Below are positions 1-5,432 of a stretch of 5,432 bases of DNA, piece after piece. Below the pieces are notes generated by a model that saw only the letters and a program-made list of their open reading frames with translations, did no database searches and was not told the DNA's origin. The position numbers and the translations under genes were made by a program. Source of the stretch: Chlorokybus atmophyticus (Eukaryota > Plantae > Mesostigma and Chlorokybus algae); NCBI GenBank assembly GCA_009103225.1, contig RHPI01003282.1, positions 1 to 5,432 of the forward strand. Direction: 5' to 3'. Each line of letters opens with the position of its first letter. Positions within the stretch are counted from its first letter, which is position 1.

Positions 1-303
1 AAAACACCAGATTTGATACACTAGTAAAGAAATCCAAAGATAAAGAGTAATAAACAATGAACTAGAGATATAGGTTTGCAATCCCTCAGTCATTTCTGTA
101 TAAATAAAATGTCCATCTGGGTTCAAAGGAAAGTGTTTGGAGTGGCTTTCTTTTAAAGAGAAAAAAAGAAAAGGACGTGCTAAAAGATAAAGGATATCTT
201 CTGAATTACAATAACTAATGAGCCATGTCAGAAAAAAAGAAAAAAGTAAAAAAAATACTCGGCTACGAATTTCCAGAAAGTGAACTGTTATTCCTAATGA
301 CAT
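1..303 (-). CDS. tatC: Twin-arginine translocase subunit TatC (MttB/OrfX), mitochondrial type; 5' part only, runs off the left edge of the window
   Basis: Hand translation of the reverse complement from ATG at 303..301 gives 101 uninterrupted codons: MSLGITVHFLEIRSRVFFLLFSFFLTWLISYCNSEDILYLLARPFLFFSLKESHSKHFPLNPDGHFIYTEMTEGLQTYISSSLFITLYLWISLLVYQIWCF. Hallmarks of TatC/MttB are HFLEIRxR followed by hydrophobic TM1, LLARP, FIYTEMTE (cf. FIxTxxxE) and YQIWxF at the end of TM2. An in-frame TAA lies two codons upstream (309..307), which fixes the start. Confidence 0.92.
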   Translation of the reverse strand, partial: MSLGITVHFLEIRSRVFFLLFSFFLTWLISYCNSEDILYLLARPFLFFSLKESHSKHFPLNPDGHFIYTEMTEGLQTYISSSLFITLYLWISLLVYQIWCF

Positions 304-368
304 ATATTATAAGACCTATTTCTTATTCTAGAAATACCCTTTTATATTTATCGATATAAAAGGTTGTT

Positions 369-433
369 CTGCTGCATTTGGCTGCATTAGACTGCTGCAT
401 GCAGGCTGCTGCAGGCTGGGCTGCAGGAGGTAA
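369..433. repeat. Cluster of GCTGCA/CTGCAG motifs just upstream of tatC
   Basis: Six TGCA sites lie in ~60 nt (gctgcatttggctgcattagactgctgcatgcaggctgctgcaggctgggctgcagg). The end, gctgcaggagg(g)taa, recurs at 4070..4084. Confidence 0.75.
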
Positions 434-647
434 CCTATTGATTACCTTAAATTACTCCCTATCGAAAATATCCCCGCTCTGCACTCGTATAGTAGAGTTG
501 ACAGCATCTCTGCAGAAAAGACCAACAGATTACTGAGAAAAGCTGATCAGTAAAGTAAAATAAAATGGAGACAGAATGCAGAAAAGGTAATCGCTACACT
601 TGGTTTCACTTTTGTACAACTTTGTTAAAGTAATCTAATCAATTACC

Positions 648-705
648 GCTCCGGTCGATGTAATAGGTTGTATCTAGGTAATTCTTAGATTACATCGACC
701 GGAGC
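648..705. repeat. Perfect 17-bp inverted repeat (stem-loop/cruciform) with 24-nt loop
   Basis: 648..664 GCTCCGGTCGATGTAAT is the exact reverse complement of 689..705 ATTACATCGACCGGAGC. Confidence 0.9.
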
Positions 706-792
706 CTGCGGCAACCGACTCTACCGTCACTAAACTGCATGTTTGCACTTTACTTTACTGGACTCACTGTTGATCTACGATATAGAGTCATC

Positions 793-812
793 TAAGGCGC
801 AGTCCGGTCGAT
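793..812 (+). repeat. Dispersed GC-rich module TAAGGCGCAGTCCGGTCGAT, copy 1
   Basis: Identical 20-mer at 1824..1843. A 15-nt inverted copy lies at 3940..3954, with variants at 869..881, 899..916 and 5063..5075. Confidence 0.88.
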
Positions 813-860
813 AGCTATCTGCGATACCTGCATATCCAGCCCCCACTAAATAAAAACGTT

Positions 861-906
861 TCGATTAGAGGCGCAGTGCGGAACAGCCGGTCGATTAGAG
901 GCGCAG
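861..906 (+). repeat. Direct repeat TCGATTAGAGGCGCAG x2 with 30-nt period
   Basis: Identical 16-mers at 861..876 and 891..906. Confidence 0.85.
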
Positions 907-920
907 CGCAGTCCGGCTGC

Positions 921-972
921 ATCGACCCCCCTTAATCAAAATCGATAACCCCCTTAATTGAAATCGATTACC
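921..972 (+). repeat. Short array of the ~21-nt GATTACCCC/TTAATC..AAATC unit
   Basis: ATCGA occurs at 921, 941 and 963 (spacing 20, 22). Units are atcgaccccccttaatcaaa / atcgataacccccttaattgaa / atcgattacc. Confidence 0.75.
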
Positions 973-1154
973 TGCATTCTTGAAGCGGCGGATATTAAAA
1001 TTAGTTGTTGCACTCTAAAAAATCCGATTGGTAATCTGACCAATTACCTCGATAGAATGCAGTACTCGGTAATATTATTAATTAGGCGCGCTGCGGGCAG
1101 CACTGCATTGATGTAGGCAGTCGCGATTAGATAACTTTAACAGGTTGCATGCAA

Positions 1155-1261
1155 TGCAGGCTTCAAAAAAGCAACTAGATGTCCGCAGATTGCTGCAGCG
1201 ATCAATAGATTACCACTGGATGGAGCAGAGCAGCGCAGCTTATGCTTTTTTGAAGCCTGCA
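1155..1261. repeat. 107-nt segment bounded by perfect 19-bp inverted repeats (MITE-like architecture)
   Basis: 1155..1173 TGCAGGCTTCAAAAAAGCA is the exact reverse complement of 1243..1261 TGCTTTTTTGAAGCCTGCA. The interior is 69 nt. Confidence 0.85.
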
Positions 1262-1553
1262 CTAAACTCCAATTTGCTTAACTTTATTGCATTTTTGCAA
1301 TAGGGGCAGCAGTGGTAGAAGACTAAATGGTTTTAAGTAATATAAATATTTAGTTTGTCTCTTCTATTTGACTGCACCGGCGACAGAAACAGCTGCAAAT
1401 CTTTTACTAATTAAATAGAAGACAGGGCTCTTTATTAACCACCGATGTAATCTAACACTAACAATTCGGCGGCAAGCCAATCTAGTTGCTGGATGCTGGC
1501 CAGTGAAGCCGGTAAAATTAGGCAGTAGGCGAACCAAGTTGCACCTAATCTGT

Positions 1554-1896
1554 CTCTATAATCTGGCGATTTAGGAGTAGGCGAAGGAGATTTAACTAAA
1601 TGCAATGCAGCAGATCTTCGATATATAAAGATAGGCTGCCCACCTTTTGATTAGGTTATCGATAGATTACCTTTCTGCTCTGCAGCGTACCAGCTTTCGA
1701 TTACCTAAGATGGGCTGTTGCTGCTGCATACATGCAGCCAGCGCGGCTTGCCCATCGTTAGATTAGGTAATCGATTTGGATAAAAAAGTAATCGATTTGG
1801 ATTCTAAAGTAATCAAAATCTATTAAGGCGCAGTCCGGTCGATTATAGGGTAATTTCAATTAATTACTAATTAATTTGGATTAGCGGGTTGCCCAT
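1554..1896 (+). repeat. Modular repeat, copy A (four exact modules shared with inverted copy B at 3863..4116)
   Basis: CTCTATAATCTGGCGATT 1554..1571, CTGCAGCGTACCAGCTTT 1680..1697, AGGCGCAGTCCGGTC 1826..1840 and ATTAGCGGGTTGCCCAT 1880..1896 each have an exact reverse complement in copy B, in colinear order. Confidence 0.82.
1767..1814 (-). repeat. 21-nt-period array GTAATCGATTTGGAT (reverse orientation of the GATTAC unit)
   Basis: Identical 15-mers at 1767..1781 and 1788..1802, with a third GTAATC at 1809, give an exact 21-nt period. Confidence 0.85.
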
Positions 1897-1900
1897 CGAA

Positions 1901-2026
1901 AGATTACCCCTCAACCCAATCTATTACCCCCTAATCAATAGATTACCCCGCTTTATCAATAAATTACCCCCTTAATCCAAATCTATTACTGGGAATTTAA
2001 CGGGTTACCCCCTAATCAATAGATTA
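1901..2026 (+). repeat. Degenerate ~20-nt tandem array (about 6-7 units), consensus approx. GATTACCCCCTAATCAATA
   Basis: ATTAC-like cores at 1903, 1923, 1942, 1963, 1985, 2004 and 2023 (spacing 19-22). The 22-mer TTACCCCCTAATCAATAGATTA is identical at 1924..1945 and 2005..2026. The 18-mer GATTACCCCGCTTTATCA at 1941..1958 recurs exactly at 3999..4016. Confidence 0.85.
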
Positions 2027-2560
2027 TTTTCTTGTATCGATAGAGAGGTTTAGATTAGGGGGCATTACAACAAAGTATTTCGATGCAAATGATTTCTGTT
2101 ATAAAATACTTTTCCCTATCTAATAGCTTATCACTTTAGCCTGAGTTTTACAGTCTACATTAATCTTGTAGTTGTAGAGCTGCTCCACCTTCGGGTGCAC
2201 ACCTCGCATTTCACTGTACAATAGTGCAGGTATGCAAATATGCTGTACTCGCTTACTAAAAGAATAGACTCCATTAGAGTTAGTAGGCAGCCAACAAAAT
2301 TGTAGGATAAAATATTTTAGGTAAAATCTACTCTGCCCCCCCTTTACTTACAACCGGGAAGGCTATTAACAGTAAAAAAACTGCATGCAGTTCTGCTCTT
2401 TCCCCAGCCTACAATCAAAGATGAAACTATCACGAAGTTATAGGCTACCGGATATTGTAACACAAATTGGTTTGTAAATCAAGGCTGCAGTGCAGCTACG
2501 CCAAAAAAGTATTAACTATTGGTTAATAGATGAAATAGGAAGTAGTTAATTGCCTTACTG

Positions 2561-2628
2561 CAGTGCAGTAACCGTGCTGTCAGTGCAGCCCAGTGCAGTA
2601 ACCGTGCTGTCAGTGCAGCCCAGTGCAG
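2561..2628 (+). repeat. Perfect 30-nt tandem duplication (2.3 copies)
   Basis: CAGTGCAGTAACCGTGCTGTCAGTGCAGCC at 2561..2590 and 2591..2620, plus CAGTGCAG at 2621..2628. Confidence 0.95.
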
Positions 2629-3333
2629 CGCACACTTTGTGTTTTATCAACCATTGGTCGAGCAGGCTGTTGCATTTTACTCTATTTACTATACAGAACG
2701 GTCACTTAAAAGATGCATTTTACTAGTTAAAAACTTTCCATCTTATTAAATAAGGAATAAATGTAGCGATAATATTTACACCCAGATTTAAGATAATTTA
2801 TTGATCAGCACCTGCATGCATGTAAACAGCAGACGGTAAATAAATAGAAATTAAAAATATGTAGCCACGATACACACCGTCTGTTACTTTAATAGACAAA
2901 TAAAAAAGGTATTTGGTTGTTTAGATACAGAAACTCTTTTACTGCTCCTTTTACACTAATCTATATTATAGAAAAAGCATTAACTGCGTTTTAAAGTAAA
3001 ACCATCTTTTCTCCGCGCTCCGCCTTAACTTGCATTTGAGAGCTGTACTGCACTCCAATTGGTGTATTTCAGCCGCCCACTTACTGATGCGCAGCTAGCC
3101 AATGCTCTTACTACAGCTTACTCTTTTTAGATTATGCTGCAGCGACCGCTGTAAAGCTATTCCAAACTTAACATTACTGCACTCTACTTCTAAAACGCGA
3201 GTTACTTTACAGTATCTTTACTTCAAAAATGGAGTTTACTTTACCGCACGCCATTTACTAAACTAAACTGCTGTTTCTAAAACTAGGCGCTTATGTAAAT
3301 AGAGATGTAGAGAGAGATACTCAACTGCGCAAT

Positions 3334-3389
3334 TGATGGATGCAGCGTTCACAAGACTTTAACAAAAAGTTGCAGCGCTGCATCCATCA
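3334..3389. repeat. Perfect 14-bp inverted repeat with 28-nt loop
   Basis: 3334..3347 TGATGGATGCAGCG is the reverse complement of 3376..3389 CGCTGCATCCATCA. The right arm overlaps the 12-nt palindrome TGCAGCGCTGCA (3371..3382). Confidence 0.88.
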
Positions 3390-3733
3390 CCTTCGATTTC
3401 TGCCGCTGTATGCATTTTGGTGCACCCACTAGAGGTGGGGGGTGAAATTACCCCTTAATGGAAAATTACCCAGTATCAAAAGTAATCAATAGCTAATCTG
3501 CAATACCAATTTCCCGCGGGTAGCTGGTGTGTATCGATTCCTGCAGCGGTGTGCATGCAGCAAACTGCAGAGAGAATGGTGTGCTTGCAACGGGGTGACG
3601 CGGGGAAAAGAAGCTGGCAGCAGAGTAGCTATTAATTACTGAACTGCATTTACCCCCAATTGATTATTACCGCTTTATAGCATGTCTGCACTGCAGCGGA
3701 GGATTCTCGATAGATAGCAATCTAACGGTGGGC

Positions 3734-4143
3734 GCTGATCTGCGATAGAGAGTAATCTAACATTAGGTAATAGATTTCGATTAAAAGGGAATGGATTTGG
3801 GTAATCTTCTGCATGCAGCGATTACTGCAGTGCAGCCAAATTTATTCCGGAGAATCTAACCAATGGGCAACCCGCTAATTGAAATCGATTACGTGGGAAA
3901 TCTAATTGATTTTCCGCTAATCGATTTCGATTACTAATTGACCGGACTGCGCCTCTTTATTTAATCGATTAACCCCCGCTGCACTGCATGCAGCAACCGA
4001 TTACCCCGCTTTATCAGAAGATTTTAACTCCTAATCCAACCGATTACCCCCCAAATCCAAAGCTGGTACGCTGCAGGAGGGTAATTTATTGAGTACCCAA
4101 TCGCCAGATTATAGAGTTAGATTACTCTTTATCGCAGATCAGC
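3734..4143. repeat. 410-nt segment bounded by 27-bp inverted repeats (26/27 match), containing modular repeat copy B; candidate non-autonomous element
   Basis: 3734..3760 GCTGATCTGCGATAGAGAGTAATCTAA versus 4117..4143 TTAGATTACTCTTTATCGCAGATCAGC (one mismatch). The interior has GTAAT units on the left and GATTAC units on the right (3887, 3908, 3929; 3999, 4020, 4042; spacing 21-22). No target-site duplication is seen. Confidence 0.75.
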
Positions 4144-4371
4144 AGTAGTGCATGCAGTACCTCCCTACTTTTCTACCTTCTTGCCTTTCTACCTTTGGCT
4201 GCCTACCTCGATTGATACATATTGTAAAGTAAAAAAGAGTAAAATGACCGTAGTGTATAGCTAATCCCTCTATAGTTAAGCGTGCTTCCTGCATTTATAC
4301 CTGCAAGGATGCGATGCTGTTTCATTTAAAAAGCTAATTTAAAAAATTATAAAAAAGATTAATGTGTAAAA

Positions 4372-4920
4372 ATGAATCGATTAAAGTATCATTATGAAAA
4401 TGTAATTCGACAAGATCTACTTTATAAGTGTAATTATAAAAATATTATGGAAGTACCAAAGATTGTAAAGATTATTGTTAACGGAAGTATAAAAAACGAA
4501 GTAAATAGCAAAAGAATGGTTTTATCCTTTTTGGTTGCTTTAGAATTGATATCGGGTCAAAAATTAACTTTAGCACGAGCAAAAAAATCGATTGCAGCTT
4601 TTAAATTACGTACAAATGATCCTATTGGTTGTAAAGTAACTTTGCGAGGAGAGCCGGTTTATAATCTTCTTGATAAACTAATTACCACCGTTTGGCCTCG
4701 TCTTAGAGATTTTCAAGGATTAAAACCAACTTTTGACAGTTCGGGGGTAAATTATAATATTGGTCTAGATAATCTTTTATTATTCCCAGAATTAGAAAGA
4801 CATTATTATTTGTTTGAATCTCTTCATGGGGTTAATCTTACTCTAGTCACATCTGCTAAAACTAAAGAAGAAGCCAAACTTTTACTTAGTAGTTTTCAAA
4901 TACCACTACTTTCTCTATAA
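4372..4920 (+). CDS. rpl5: Mitochondrial-type 50S ribosomal protein L5 (uL5), 182 aa
   Basis: Diagnostic uL5 motifs: ELISGQK, ARAKKSIAAFKLR, IGCKVTLRG, PRLRDFQG, NIGL and FPEL. The N-terminus HYENVIRQDLL..NYxNIMEVP and the C-terminal VTSAxT..EA.LLLS.FQIP are typical of green-algal/plant mitochondrial rpl5. ATG start, TAA stop. Confidence 0.97.
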   Translation: MNRLKYHYENVIRQDLLYKCNYKNIMEVPKIVKIIVNGSIKNEVNSKRMVLSFLVALELISGQKLTLARAKKSIAAFKLRTNDPIGCKVTLRGEPVYNLLDKLITTVWPRLRDFQGLKPTFDSSGVNYNIGLDNLLLFPELERHYYLFESLHGVNLTLVTSAKTKEEAKLLLSSFQIPLLSL

Positions 4921-5038
4921 GGCAGCGTTTATCCAAAATTCGAAGAATTGCTGTACAGTAAGAAGTGCATAGTCTACGGGTAATCTATTGATCAGCTGCC
5001 TGCAGAGCCTACCTCATCCAATTCTGCTCCGGTATACG

Positions 5039-5083
5039 ATTACCAGCATCTTGGTAATTTATAGGCGCAGTGCGGTAATTACC
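5039..5083. repeat. Downstream cluster of the same modules (ATTACCA/TGGTAAT hairpin, AGGCGCAGTGCGG, GGTAATTACC palindrome)
   Basis: 7-bp stem at 5039..5045/5052..5058. The 13-mer at 5063..5075 is identical to 869..881. A 10-nt palindrome lies at 5074..5083. Confidence 0.7.
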
Positions 5084-5432
5084 TATCATACAATCCAAAT
5101 CCAGCAAGCTGCCCGAAATAAAATGGTGTTCCGCTCTGCTTTCCCCCTGTGCGCGAGCTTTTCATGCTAGGTGCGCATCTAGAAAGATCACACATTACTA
5201 GCTGGCAAATTCCTTACTAAACGGTACAATCTTCTATTTTTAACTTCTGAAAGATTGCATCCCATTTATATATATTACTGTATCTCAACATCGGTCTAAG
5301 CTGCAAGCAGCTGGGTTACTACTTTGTTTATCTGTGTTCTGGTTAGGCCATATGCATATGGTGCACAAAAGTAGTTGTATACTGCTATATTGCATCGTCT
5401 ACCCTTTATTCTTTACCTCCCATCTTCCACCT

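Larger units (their letters stand above)
304..4371. other. 4,068-nt non-coding spacer between divergent tatC and rpl5, filled with short dispersed and palindromic repeats
   Basis: The supplied track has no ORF here. I found no tRNA T-arm (GTTCRA) signature on either strand and no group II intron domain V signature. Multiple exact 13-30-nt repeats are listed as separate features. Confidence 0.8.

Noticed and set aside
1360-1422. 10-bp inverted repeat TCTTCTATTT/AAATAGAAGA
   Set aside because: Short, AT-rich and with a long loop, so it is weak and near chance expectation in this composition.
1767-2026. CRISPR-like array
   Set aside because: Units are adjacent ~20-21-nt degenerate tandem repeats without unique spacers of constant length. 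There are no cas genes and the context is mitochondrial.
1924-2060. Telomere-like CCCTAA/TTAGGG motifs within the array
   Set aside because: Only isolated hexamers occur, embedded in a 20-nt unit. There is no tandem telomeric run.
2186-2197. CACC-TTCG-GGTG, a C(UUCG)G tetraloop hairpin suggesting a structured RNA
   Set aside because: The stem is only 4 bp, and there is no surrounding tRNA, rRNA or intron structure. Chance occurrence is plausible.
3432-3610. G-runs (GGTGGGGGGTG, GGGGTGACGCGGGG) as a G-quadruplex
   Set aside because: There are too few closely spaced G-tracts for a canonical intramolecular quadruplex.
4170-4209. CTACCT repeats (TTTCTACCTT x2) upstream of rpl5 as a regulatory site
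   Set aside because: The repeats are real but short and low-complexity. No evidence ties them to expression.
304-4371. tRNA genes or group I/II intron remnants in the spacer
   Set aside because: By-eye scan found no GTTCRA T-loop in a cloverleaf context and no domain V (GAGCCG..GAAA..CGG) motif. tRNAscan-SE/RNAweasel would be needed to exclude very divergent cases.
4372-4920. Bacterial rplE assignment
   Set aside because: The N- and C-terminal sequence pattern, the mitochondrial-type tatC and the absence of operon neighbours or Shine-Dalgarno signals fit an organellar gene better than a bacterial one.
4988-5170. 60-aa ORF from the supplied track (MISCLQSLPH...)
   Set aside because: It starts at TTG, is short, has no recognisable motif, and is composed of the same repeat modules as the spacer. 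It is most likely spurious.

Overview
AT-rich organellar DNA, most likely from the mitochondrial genome of a green alga or related Viridiplantae lineage; the taxon is inferred from protein similarity from memory only. Two genes are arranged head-to-head. The 5' part of tatC (mttB) lies on the minus strand (303..1, running off the window, absent from the supplied ORF track), and a complete mitochondrial-type rpl5 lies on the plus strand (4372..4920). The 4,068-nt spacer between them has no recognisable gene, tRNA or intron, but it is far from random. It is a mosaic of reusable modules: a degenerate ~20-21-nt GATTACCCC...AATC unit in short arrays of both orientations, a GC-rich AGGCGCAG(T)CCGGTCGAT module, abundant TGCA/CTGCAG palindromic motifs, and several inverted-repeat-bounded segments (14-27 bp arms). 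Most notably, four 15-18-nt exact modules recur in the same order but inverted at 1554..1896 and 3863..4116, and the second copy lies within a 410-nt segment bounded by 27-bp inverted repeats. The most economical reading is spacer inflation by a family of non-coding, palindromic, possibly mobile elements. Mobility and function cannot be shown from this window.
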